From assembly GCA_020437875.1 (NCBI GenBank), contig JAGQVR010000002.1:1-50136 (forward strand): 50,136 bases of DNA, read 5' to 3'. The notes below the pieces were generated by a model. That model was not told the DNA's origin, did no database searches, and saw nothing but the letters and a program-made list of their open reading frames with translations. The position numbers were made by a program, and so were the translations under genes. Origin of the DNA: Flavobacteriales bacterium (GTDB taxonomy: Bacteria; Bacteroidota; Bacteroidia; Flavobacteriales_F; PHOS-HE28). Shown one piece after another: positions 8,367-16,988 of the stretch. Positions within the stretch are counted from its first letter, which is position 1. Every line of letters starts with the position of its first letter.

Positions 8367-9586
8367 TCGACCCGGCGGAACTCAAGAACAAGGCGGAGAG
8401 CGCCGTCCTGATCGGACTCATCACCGACCATCAGGACATGGACCAGGTGAAGGAGTACCTGGACGAGCTGGAGTTCCTGGCCACCACGGCGGACATCAGC
8501 ACCTTGAAGCGATTCACGCAGAAGCTGCACAAGCCCGATGGCCGCACGTACATCGGCAGTGGAAAGCTCGCCGAGGTGAAGGCCTGGATGAAGGAGAACG
8601 GGGCCGATTCCGTCATCTTCGACGATGAACTGACACCTGCCCAGCAGCGCAACCTGGAGAAGGAACTGGGCACTCCGGTATTGGACAGACCGCGACTGAT
8701 CCTGGACATCTTCGCGCGACGTGCGCGCACCGCCCACGCCAAGACGCAGGTGGAACTGGCACAGTACGAGTACATGCTTCCGCGGCTCACCAAACTCTGG
8801 ACCCACCTGGAGCGCCAGCGTGGTGGTACCGGTACGCGCGGTGGTGCGGGTGAGAAGGAGATCGAGACCGACCGCCGGTTGATCCGCGACCGCATCGCCC
8901 TGTTGAAGGGACAGCTCAAGCAGATCGACAAGCAGATGGCCACCCAGCGGGGCAACCGCGGGAAGCTGGTGCGTGTGGCCGTGGTGGGCTATACCAATGT
9001 GGGCAAGAGCACGCTCATGACCCTCATGAGCAAGACCGAGGTCTTCGCGGAGAACAAGCTGTTCGCCACCCTGGACACGACGGTGCGCAAGATCGTCCTG
9101 GGCAACCTGCCCTTCCTGATGAGCGACACGGTGGGCTTCATCCGCAAGCTGCCCACCCAGCTCATCGAGAGCTTCAAGAGCACGCTCGACGAAACACGTG
9201 AGGCCGACCTGCTCCTCCATGTCGTCGACATCAGCCACCACAACTTCGAGGAGCAATACGAAACGGTTCGCCAGACCCTGAACGAGATCGGCGCGGGGGG
9301 CAAGCCCGTGATCCTCGTCTTCAACAAGATCGATGCCTACAGCCCAGCGGCGCATGACCCCGACGACCTGGCGCCGAAGCGGGAGGACCAATATTCGCTG
9401 GACGAACTCAAGGCCACATGGATGGCCCGGATGAACGGCGAGGATGTGATCTTCATCAGCGCAGCGGAGCGCATCAACATCGATGGCCTGCGGAAGTTGC
9501 TGTATGAACGGGTGAAGGCCATCCACACCGCACGCTACCCTTATGAAAGCGACCTGTTGTTCAAGGACAGCTACGAGGAGGAATGA
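8363..9586 (+). CDS. hflX: GTPase HflX
   Basis: 407-aa ORF with the HflX N-domain (ELEFLATTA, AKTQVELAQYEYMLPRL, GTGTRGGAGEKEIETDRR). The G1 motif is GYTNVGKST, followed by DTVGF. Confidence 0.93.
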   Translation: MIDPAELKNKAESAVLIGLITDHQDMDQVKEYLDELEFLATTADISTLKRFTQKLHKPDGRTYIGSGKLAEVKAWMKENGADSVIFDDELTPAQQRNLEKELGTPVLDRPRLILDIFARRARTAHAKTQVELAQYEYMLPRLTKLWTHLERQRGGTGTRGGAGEKEIETDRRLIRDRIALLKGQLKQIDKQMATQRGNRGKLVRVAVVGYTNVGKSTLMTLMSKTEVFAENKLFATLDTTVRKIVLGNLPFLMSDTVGFIRKLPTQLIESFKSTLDETREADLLLHVVDISHHNFEEQYETVRQTLNEIGAGGKPVILVFNKIDAYSPAAHDPDDLAPKREDQYSLDELKATWMARMNGEDVIFISAAERINIDGLRKLLYERVKAIHTARYPYESDLLFKDSYEEE

Positions 9587-9627
9587 GGGTTGACTTGAAC
9601 GGATCGGTACGGTCCGTACGTTAGGAG

Positions 9628-11904
9628 GTGCGGATGGCTGCGAAACGAAGACCCGTGAGGAAGAAGAAGGGATCCAAGGGCCGGAAGCGGCTGCCCTGGG
9701 GCAAGCTCGTGATCGCCTTCCTGGCGCTGATGCTGATCACCTTCTTCACGCTGATGCAGCTGGTACGGAGCGGTGCCTTCGGACGGCTGCCATCCGAGGA
9801 CGAGCTTTCCTCTATCCAACATGAACAGGCCACGCTGGTCATGGACCGTGACGGGGAGCTGATCGGCAAGTTGTTCGCCGAGGACAGGACCAACGTGACG
9901 TACAAGGACCTGCCGAAGCACCTGGTGAACGCGTTGGTCGCCACGGAGGATGCCCGCTTCTTCAGTCACCAGGGTGTGGATGGACGCAGCTACATCCGGG
10001 TCTTCTTCCGCACGCTGCTCGGGCGCGATAGAAGCGGCGGCGGGGGCAGCACGATCTCCCAGCAGATCATAAAGAACCTGTACGGGCGCGAACGTCATGG
10101 CCTGCTCACGGTACCGGTGAACAAGATGAAGGAAGCGCTTGTCGCGCAGCGCCTGGAGCGCGTGTTGAAGAAGGAGGATGTGCTCCTGCTCTATCTGAAC
10201 TCGGTGCCTTTCGGTGAGAACACCTTCGGCATCGAAGCCGCCGCACAACGCTACTTCGGCAAACCGGCGCGCAAGCTGCTCGTACAGGAGAGTGCGGTGC
10301 TGGTCGGCATGCTGAAGGCGAACACGCGCTACAACCCACGCTTGCATCCCGAAGCATCCAAGGGCCGACGGGACCAGGTCTTCGAGCAGATGCACCGGCA
10401 CGGCGACCTCGACCGGCACGCAGTGGACAGCCTGCGCGCGCTGCCGCTCACGTTGAACTATACCGGCGGTGATGCATTGGACATCCACGGCTACTTCGTG
10501 AAGCATGTGGAACGCGAAGCTCGGTCCATACTCGAAGGCCTGTCGAGACCGGATGGTGGACACTACGACATCCGGAAAGACGGCCTGCGGATAACGACCA
10601 CCCTGGACGCTGACCTGCAGCGCATGGCACATATCGCGGTGCATCAGCACCTCGCCGCCATGCAACCGAAGTTGGATGCGGAGCTTCGAGCCTCCAAGGA
10701 GCGCAACCGCTGGGAGAAGGACATGGAGAAGCGGGGAGGCAAGCGATGGCGCAGCAAGGAACGCATCGTTTGTGAAGTGTACGATCATCAGGCACGTCGG
10801 ATCGATACCCTCAGCTACCGCGACAGCCTCTGGCACTACCACAAGTTGCTGAACGGCGCCGTGCTGATGATGGAACCTGCGAGCGGTGCGGTGCGCGCAT
10901 GGGTGGGCGGGAACGATCACCGCTATCTGCCCTACGACCTGGTGACCGCGCGACGGCCCATCGCAAGCACCATCAAGCCGGTGGTCTATGCAGCCGCATT
11001 GGAGCGTGGGCTGGACCCCTGCACCTACCTGGACAACGACCGGAAGACCTACACCGAGTTCGATGACTGGGCACCGGACAACTACGACAAGGACACCACG
11101 GGTGGACAGGTGGCCATGTGGTATGCATTGGCAAAGAGCATGAACCGCCCCACCGTTGACCTCTACTTCCGCACCGGAACGGACACCCTTTCACGCACAA
11201 TGACCGCGCTCGGCCTTCCGACCAAGGAGGTGGACAAACCGGCCATGGCGCTCGGCGCGGTCGACGTCTCTCTGCGCGAGATCGTTCCCGCCTTCGGTGC
11301 CTTCGCGCAACAGGGAAGGATCACTTCTCCCCAATTCATCACAAGGATCACTGACGCACAGGGCCGCGAATTGTACCGCGCCCGGGAACCGAAGTCCACG
11401 CAGGCCCTCTCACCGAGCGTGGCCGCCGATATCACCGCCATGCTGCAACGTGCAGTGGACCAGGGTACGGGAACGGCGTTGCGATCGCGCTTCGGCATCA
11501 AGGCCCCGCTCGCCGGGAAGACCGGAACCTCCCAGGATCACGGCGACGCCTGGTTCGTGGCCTACACACCGGGACTGGTCATCGGCACCTGGGTGGGTGC
11601 CTTCAGCAATTCGGTGCACTTCCGCAGCGCGAACGGGACCGGTGGTCAGCTGGCCCTGCCGATCGCTGGCAAGGTGCTCGCAAGGATCGAACGCGCACCG
11701 GACCTGCGCAAGCGTTATCTCCTCCCCTTCTCCTGGCCGGTTGACCACGAACCCGACCTCGACTGTGACCCGGGACGGGAGCCGGACTTCCTTGAACGGC
11801 TGATCCAGGAGGCCTTCGGACGGTCGGAGCGCAAGGAGAAGGAGCCACGGGACGACCCCGAAAGACGCAACATCTTCGATCGCCTGTTCAAGAAACGCGA
11901 CTGA
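9628..11904 (+). CDS. Class A penicillin-binding protein (PBP1A-type transglycosylase/transpeptidase)
   Basis: 758-aa ORF with an N-terminal basic region and a TM anchor. GT51 motifs are ATEDARFFSHQGVD and GGSTISQQ. The transpeptidase SxxK is STIKP, and KTGT is present. The start could be GTG 9628 or ATG 9634. Confidence 0.92.
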   Translation: MRMAAKRRPVRKKKGSKGRKRLPWGKLVIAFLALMLITFFTLMQLVRSGAFGRLPSEDELSSIQHEQATLVMDRDGELIGKLFAEDRTNVTYKDLPKHLVNALVATEDARFFSHQGVDGRSYIRVFFRTLLGRDRSGGGGSTISQQIIKNLYGRERHGLLTVPVNKMKEALVAQRLERVLKKEDVLLLYLNSVPFGENTFGIEAAAQRYFGKPARKLLVQESAVLVGMLKANTRYNPRLHPEASKGRRDQVFEQMHRHGDLDRHAVDSLRALPLTLNYTGGDALDIHGYFVKHVEREARSILEGLSRPDGGHYDIRKDGLRITTTLDADLQRMAHIAVHQHLAAMQPKLDAELRASKERNRWEKDMEKRGGKRWRSKERIVCEVYDHQARRIDTLSYRDSLWHYHKLLNGAVLMMEPASGAVRAWVGGNDHRYLPYDLVTARRPIASTIKPVVYAAALERGLDPCTYLDNDRKTYTEFDDWAPDNYDKDTTGGQVAMWYALAKSMNRPTVDLYFRTGTDTLSRTMTALGLPTKEVDKPAMALGAVDVSLREIVPAFGAFAQQGRITSPQFITRITDAQGRELYRAREPKSTQALSPSVAADITAMLQRAVDQGTGTALRSRFGIKAPLAGKTGTSQDHGDAWFVAYTPGLVIGTWVGAFSNSVHFRSANGTGGQLALPIAGKVLARIERAPDLRKRYLLPFSWPVDHEPDLDCDPGREPDFLERLIQEAFGRSERKEKEPRDDPERRNIFDRLFKKRD

Positions 11905-12994
11905 CCGGCGACAGGATACGATCGGACAGACCATCGCGCAGCGCCATGAAGGGGCGCTCCCAGTAGCGGTAGACAAGGGCCGCGAGTGCGATGCTGACCA
12001 TCCAATAACCGGCGTACAACACGAGGCTCACCGCAAGCGACCGACCGGGCATCAGTTCCAGATAGAGTGAGCGGACAGGCATGTGCACGAGGTAGAGCGC
12101 ATAGGATACACGGCTCAGGAAGGTGACCAACCTTCCCCAACGGCCCACCTTGTGCCAGCCCGCCATGAACGGAAGCATGAGCGCCATGCCCGAACCGGAA
12201 AGCACCAGGAACAAGGTACCCATGTACAGGAGGTTGTTCTCGCCGCGAAGGAGGATCGCAACGGTGAGCAACAACGCCCCGAGCAGGAACAGCTCCACAC
12301 GTCGCGCGGAGAAGATGTTCGGCACATGGTACACGAGCCAGGCCACGAGCACGCCATAGCCGATCGTGTCGAAGCGAAGCACCACGATCTTCCGGACGAG
12401 CAGGTCGAGCATGAAGGGCGTGCCCACCGCCTCCATTGCCGGATAGCGCAACAGGATCGGTACGGTTATCATGATCAGTGTACAGACCAGGTAGCCCCAC
12501 TTCGGTGATCGGCGCCAGGCCAGAACCACCAGAAGCAATGGGAAGAGCAGGTAGAACCACTCCTCCACGGCCAGGGACCAGGACTCCCAGAAGAAGAGAT
12601 CGAGCGGGATGATGAAGTTCTGCAGGAAGACGAAGTAGGCCAGCGTGTTCACGTTCAACAGGCCCATGGACCAACCCATGTACACCATGATGATGTTGAC
12701 CAGCAGGAAGAGGTAGTAGTTCGGGAGGGTGCGCAACCAGCGGCGCTGCCAGAAGTCGAGCAGGCGGCGCCACCAGGGTATCTCCGAGGCCACGGACAGG
12801 CGGATGAGGATGTTGCCGATGAGGAAGCCACTGAGCACGAAGAAGAGATCCACACCGTCCATGGCGGAGGCTCCGGGGTTCCGCGGCCAATGCTCGTCCA
12901 GCAGGTCATCCGCATGGGAGTAGACCACGATCACCGCAGCGAGGGCGCGCACCAGGTCGAGCCCGAAGATCCGCGGGTGTGTTCCAGAGGACAT
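11888..12994 (-). CDS. Acyltransferase family 3 (OafA-like) integral membrane protein
   Basis: About 10 TM segments. The N-terminus IFGLDLVRALAAVIVVYSHA is typical of acyltransferase_3. I placed the start at ATG 12994 to avoid overlapping the upstream ABC gene. The 3' end overlaps the PBP gene by 17 nt (convergent). Confidence 0.8.
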   Translation of the reverse strand: MSSGTHPRIFGLDLVRALAAVIVVYSHADDLLDEHWPRNPGASAMDGVDLFFVLSGFLIGNILIRLSVASEIPWWRRLLDFWQRRWLRTLPNYYLFLLVNIIMVYMGWSMGLLNVNTLAYFVFLQNFIIPLDLFFWESWSLAVEEWFYLLFPLLLVVLAWRRSPKWGYLVCTLIMITVPILLRYPAMEAVGTPFMLDLLVRKIVVLRFDTIGYGVLVAWLVYHVPNIFSARRVELFLLGALLLTVAILLRGENNLLYMGTLFLVLSGSGMALMLPFMAGWHKVGRWGRLVTFLSRVSYALYLVHMPVRSLYLELMPGRSLAVSLVLYAGYWMVSIALAALVYRYWERPFMALRDGLSDRILSPVSRVS

Positions 12995-13013
12995 CGCGGT
13001 GAATGTAGCGGCC

Positions 13014-14864
13014 TCAGCCGAAGGCCTGCATGTCGCAGAGCTTGCGGTACTGCCCGCCTGCATCGTACAACTGCTGGTGGGTGCCGCGCTCGATGATCCG
13101 TCCCTGCTGCATCACACAGATCTCATCGCAGTGCTGGATCGTGCTCAACCGGTGAGCGATCACCAGGCTCGTACGCCCTTCGAGCATCTTGAAGAGCGCC
13201 TCCTGCACGAGTCGTTCGCTCTCCGTATCCAGCGCGCTCGTCGCCTCGTCGAGGATCAGGATCGGCGGGTTCTTCAACACGGCACGCGCGATGGCCAGGC
13301 GCTGCTTCTGGCCGCCGCTCAGGCGGTTCCCACCATCGCCGATGTTCGTCTGATAGCCCTCCTCCAACTGTTCGATGAAACCGTGCGCGTTCGCGATGCG
13401 TGCGGCCCGTTCAATGTCCGCCTGTGCGACACCCGGCGTACCAAAGGCGATGTTGTTCGCCACCGTGTCGTTGAAGAGGATGCTGTCCTGTGTCACGATG
13501 CCCATCAAGGCGCGGATGTCATTGATCCGAAGGTCGCGCAGGTCGTTGCCGTCCAGCAGCACTCGTCCCTCCGTCACATCGAAGAAGCGCGGCAACAGAC
13601 CGGCAAGCGTCGTCTTCCCGCTACCGCTCGTTCCCACCAAGGCCACGCTCTTCCCTTTCGGTATCGTCAACTCGATATCCTGCAGGACGGCTCTACGCTC
13701 ATGGTCCGTCCCGGCTCGTGGTGGCGCTTCGTAAGCGAAGGTCACGCCCTGGAACTCGATGCGGTCGTTGAACCCGCTGATGGGCATGGCGTCGGGCCGC
13801 TCCTTCACGGTGTTCTCCACGGCCAGCAGGTCGAAGAGCCGCTGCCCGCTCGCTGACCCACGCACGATCGCCGAATAGCCCTGGGAGAAGCCCTTGATCG
13901 GCGGCAGCAGCTGGGAGAAGATGATGATGAAACCCAGGAAGCTGTCGCCCGTGAGCGTGGGCTCGGCACCAAGTACGTAGGATCCGCCGAGATACGCGAT
14001 GGTCGCCATGACCGCAGCGCCCAAGGTCTCGCTCAATGGTGAGGCGATGTCCTGGCGGTTCAGCATGGCGATGCTGCTGCGGGTGAGCATCTCGTTCTCG
14101 CGTGCGAAACGCCTGCGCATGTCCCCTTCGCCATTGAAGGCCTTGATCACCCGGATGCCGGTCAGCGTCTCCTCCACACGTGCCAGCAGGTCGGCGTTCT
14201 TCTCCTGCACACGGGTGCTCTTGCGCTTCAGGCTCTTGCTGATCCGGCCGATGAGCAGTCCACTTACCGGCAGCAACAACAGGGCGATCAACGTGAGCTG
14301 CGGTGCGATGGTGATCATGGTGCCCAGGAAGAGCAGGATGGCGATGGGCTCGCGGAAGACCATCTCGATGTAGAACATCACGCTGTACTCCATCACGTGC
14401 ATGTCGCTGGTGATGAGGGCGAGCAGGTCCCCCTTGCGTTCGCCGCTGTGGTAGCGCAGGGGCAGCTCGAGCATCTTGTCATAGACCGCCGCCCGGATGT
14501 CGCGCACGATGTAGTTGCGGAAGTTGCAGATGGCCACCACGGCCAGGTACCTGAAGAGGTTCTTGAACAGGAAGATCACCACCACCGTGATGCTGATGGT
14601 CAACAAGGCGCCCATCTGGCCGTTCCGCTCGATCAGCTGGGTAAGCCCCCAGTTGAAGGTGCCTTCCAGTCCTTCTCGTGTCCACAGAACCGCGGGGCGG
14701 ACATCCACCGGCTTCACCTGCCCGAGCAGGAGCCGAAGAAAGGGGATGAACAACAGCAGCGAGGCGAGGTGGAAGACGGTGGCCAGCAGGTTGAAGACCA
14801 CATTGAGCACCGCGAAGCGCCGGTAAGGCCTGCCGTAGCCGAGTATCCGGAAGAAGTTGCGCAT
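13014..14864 (-). CDS. ABC transporter, fused permease/ATP-binding protein (MsbA-like exporter)
   Basis: Six-TM domain followed by Walker A GTSGSGKTT, the signature LSGGQKQR and Walker B ILILDEATSALD. The true start is MRNFFRILGYGRPY at 14864. The 771-aa ORF-track version runs antisense across rbfA. Confidence 0.92.
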   Translation of the reverse strand: MRNFFRILGYGRPYRRFAVLNVVFNLLATVFHLASLLLFIPFLRLLLGQVKPVDVRPAVLWTREGLEGTFNWGLTQLIERNGQMGALLTISITVVVIFLFKNLFRYLAVVAICNFRNYIVRDIRAAVYDKMLELPLRYHSGERKGDLLALITSDMHVMEYSVMFYIEMVFREPIAILLFLGTMITIAPQLTLIALLLLPVSGLLIGRISKSLKRKSTRVQEKNADLLARVEETLTGIRVIKAFNGEGDMRRRFARENEMLTRSSIAMLNRQDIASPLSETLGAAVMATIAYLGGSYVLGAEPTLTGDSFLGFIIIFSQLLPPIKGFSQGYSAIVRGSASGQRLFDLLAVENTVKERPDAMPISGFNDRIEFQGVTFAYEAPPRAGTDHERRAVLQDIELTIPKGKSVALVGTSGSGKTTLAGLLPRFFDVTEGRVLLDGNDLRDLRINDIRALMGIVTQDSILFNDTVANNIAFGTPGVAQADIERAARIANAHGFIEQLEEGYQTNIGDGGNRLSGGQKQRLAIARAVLKNPPILILDEATSALDTESERLVQEALFKMLEGRTSLVIAHRLSTIQHCDEICVMQQGRIIERGTHQQLYDAGGQYRKLCDMQAFG

Positions 14865-14874
14865 CGTGCGGCCT

Positions 14875-14914
14875 GCGAAGGTAGGACCACATGAAGGCAC
14901 CGACCTACCTTCGC
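14875..14914. promoter_or_regulatory. Divergent candidate -7 boxes inside a perfect 11-bp inverted repeat (ABC exporter to the left, rbfA to the right)
   Basis: GCGAAGGTAGG (14875..14885) and CCTACCTTCGC (14904..14914) are exact reverse complements. Each arm presents TACCTTCG toward its own gene. Spacers to the ATGs are 11 nt (14864) and 8 nt (14922). Confidence 0.45.
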
Positions 14915-14921
14915 CGTTGAA

Positions 14922-15263
14922 ATGGACAGCGTGCGACAGAACAAGGTGAACAGCCTGCTCCAGAAGGAAATGGCGGTCATCTTCCAGCAGGAGGGCCGGA
15001 ACCTCCTTCCCGGTGGGCTCATCACGGTATCCGCAGTGCGGGTGAGCCCCGACCTCGGCGTGGCCAAGGTCTACCTCAGCCTCTTTCCCGTGAAGGACAA
15101 GAAGGCCGTGATCGAGGTGATCAAGGGCCAGGCCCACCGGTTGCGTGGTGCGCTCGGCACGAGGATCGGCAAGCAGATGCGTGTCGTACCCGAACTGTTG
15201 TTCTACGTGGATGACTCGCTGGACAGGGCTGAGGAGATCGACAAACTGCTGAAGGGCGAATAG
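14922..15263 (+). CDS. rbfA: Ribosome-binding factor A
   Basis: 113-aa ORF. MDSVRQNKVNSLLQKEMAVIF...VRVSPDLGVAKVYLS is the RbfA pattern. Confidence 0.92.
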   Translation: MDSVRQNKVNSLLQKEMAVIFQQEGRNLLPGGLITVSAVRVSPDLGVAKVYLSLFPVKDKKAVIEVIKGQAHRLRGALGTRIGKQMRVVPELLFYVDDSLDRAEEIDKLLKGE

Positions 15264-15264
15264 C

Positions 15265-16083
15265 ATGCAGTACGATCCGGTGAAGCGCCGGCTGGGCGTC
15301 GTCTTCAACAGTACACCCTTCCTGCGCAAGCTCTTCTACCAGCTGCTGGACCTGTTGCTCCTGCGTTGCTGGCACATCCAGCGTGAACTGCGGAAATGGA
15401 TGACGGAGCGTGCTGTGGGCAACAGGCCCATCGCGGCCATCTATGACGCGGGCGCCGGCTTCGGGCAATACACGTACTGGCTGAGCGGCAAATTGCCACA
15501 GGCGCGGATCACCGCCATTGATATCAAGGAGGAACAGGTGGCCGATTGCAATGCCTTCTTCAGCCGGATCGGAAGACCGCAGGTCGAGTTCCATGTGGGC
15601 GATGTCACCCGCTTTCAGGAGCCGGACACCTTCGATCTTGTTGTCTGTGTGGATGTGATGGAGCACATCCTGGAGGACGAAGCCGCGCTGCGTTGCTACA
15701 GCACCTCATTGAAGGATGGCGGCATGCTCATCATCAGCACGCCGAGCGATCAGGGAGGCAGCGATGTGCATGAGGAAGGTGACGGCTCCTTCATCGAGGA
15801 GCATGTGCGCGATGGGTACAACATCCACGACATTGAGGCGAAATGCCTGCGCAACGGATTCAGCAAGGTGGAAGCACGCTACAGCTATGGGGCTCCCGGC
15901 AAGGTCAGCTGGAAGCTCAGCATGAAGTGGCCATTGCTCATGCTCCAGGCGAGCAAGTTGTTCTTCATCGTGCTGCCCATCTACTACCTCATCGCCTACC
16001 CCATCGCCTTCATACTGAACATGGCCGATGTGCGCATGAAGCACCGGACCGGGACCGGATTGATCGTGAAAGCGTGGAAGTGA
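15265..16083 (+). CDS. Class I SAM-dependent methyltransferase with a C-terminal membrane anchor
   Basis: 272-aa ORF. SAM motif IYDAGAGFGQYT, then DLVVCVDVMEHI. The last ~60 aa form two hydrophobic helices (LFFIVLPIYYLIAYPIAFIL). It starts 1 nt after the rbfA stop. Confidence 0.75.
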   Translation: MQYDPVKRRLGVVFNSTPFLRKLFYQLLDLLLLRCWHIQRELRKWMTERAVGNRPIAAIYDAGAGFGQYTYWLSGKLPQARITAIDIKEEQVADCNAFFSRIGRPQVEFHVGDVTRFQEPDTFDLVVCVDVMEHILEDEAALRCYSTSLKDGGMLIISTPSDQGGSDVHEEGDGSFIEEHVRDGYNIHDIEAKCLRNGFSKVEARYSYGAPGKVSWKLSMKWPLLMLQASKLFFIVLPIYYLIAYPIAFILNMADVRMKHRTGTGLIVKAWK

Positions 16084-16087
16084 TCAT

Positions 16088-16771
16088 CTAGAACACGAAC
16101 CCGGAAGCTATCCTGACCGCACCATACTGCACGGCGTACGTTTCCGGTATGTAGCCTCCTACCGAACTGATGCCGATGAGCTCGTAGTTGAAACGATGAT
16201 AGTCGTACAGGCAGGAAAGGTGGAATGCCACATCATCGGAGAGCCTGAACAAGAGCCCGAGTCCAGGGGCGAGCTGCACTCCGTTCAATTCAACGGATTG
16301 TGCAGGGATCACCAATTCGGAGGTGACCACGACCGCAGGGAGCTCGAAAGGGTTGATCCCGAACGAATAACCAGCCTGGACCATGGCGAATACGGTGACG
16401 GGAGCATTCCCCGGGTGGAGCCTAACGTCCAGGAAGAGCGGTAGCTGACCGAAGGACCCATTGGATGCCGGACTCTCTCCAAGTTTCGACCCTGCATATG
16501 ACTCATACCCGATACCGAGCCCCAGGGATACCACACCCTCCTTCAGCCAAGCGCCATTGATGGTCTCGAACCGCCAGTAAATGTCGTCGTTCGGTTCTTC
16601 GACCTCTCCATAGAAGCGGGGCGCGCTGATCACGTAATCACCCATGCCGAACCCTCGACCGATGGAGGTCATATTCATGAATCCGGACCGGCCTTGAGCT
16701 GAGGCCTCGACGATGGGAACCGTGCAGGGCAACACGATGGACAACGCTGAAAGAACCCGATCAATTCGCAT
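16088..16771 (-). CDS. Putative outer-membrane beta-barrel protein
   Basis: 227 aa from MRIDRVLSALSIVL. A signal peptide ends at ASAQ. The sequence has an alternating amphipathic pattern and ends in a terminal aromatic residue (ASGFVF). It looks lower in GC than its flanks by eye. Confidence 0.6.
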   Translation of the reverse strand: MRIDRVLSALSIVLPCTVPIVEASAQGRSGFMNMTSIGRGFGMGDYVISAPRFYGEVEEPNDDIYWRFETINGAWLKEGVVSLGLGIGYESYAGSKLGESPASNGSFGQLPLFLDVRLHPGNAPVTVFAMVQAGYSFGINPFELPAVVVTSELVIPAQSVELNGVQLAPGLGLLFRLSDDVAFHLSCLYDYHRFNYELIGISSVGGYIPETYAVQYGAVRIASGFVF

Positions 16772-16988
16772 GTGACAAGACTTCCAGGAACCAGAATAGA
16801 ACCCACAAGGTAGATCTCGTCCGCATTCGATCTTTCCGGCCCGACCGAGGAGCGGTCGCTGACCAAGCAACGCTGCGACCTGTTGGTCAGCGGAACACGA
16901 CACGTGGATGAACCGCTCCGACGATGATCAACCCCGGTACTGATCGATCCCACCGCATCTTTGCACGGATGCGCGTACCCCGCCAGCG

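Noticed and set aside
14865-15329. Several ORF-track entries carry long N-terminal extensions: the ABC exporter to 15329, trpS from 6488, the protease from 37395, the M43 protease from 45406, EamA to 44159, the PLP enzyme from 43954, tadA to 34893 and the beta-barrel gene to 16903.
   Set aside because: The extensions overlap neighbouring real genes or promoter boxes and are compositionally junk-like. They precede an internal Met that begins the conserved N-terminus or signal peptide of the family.
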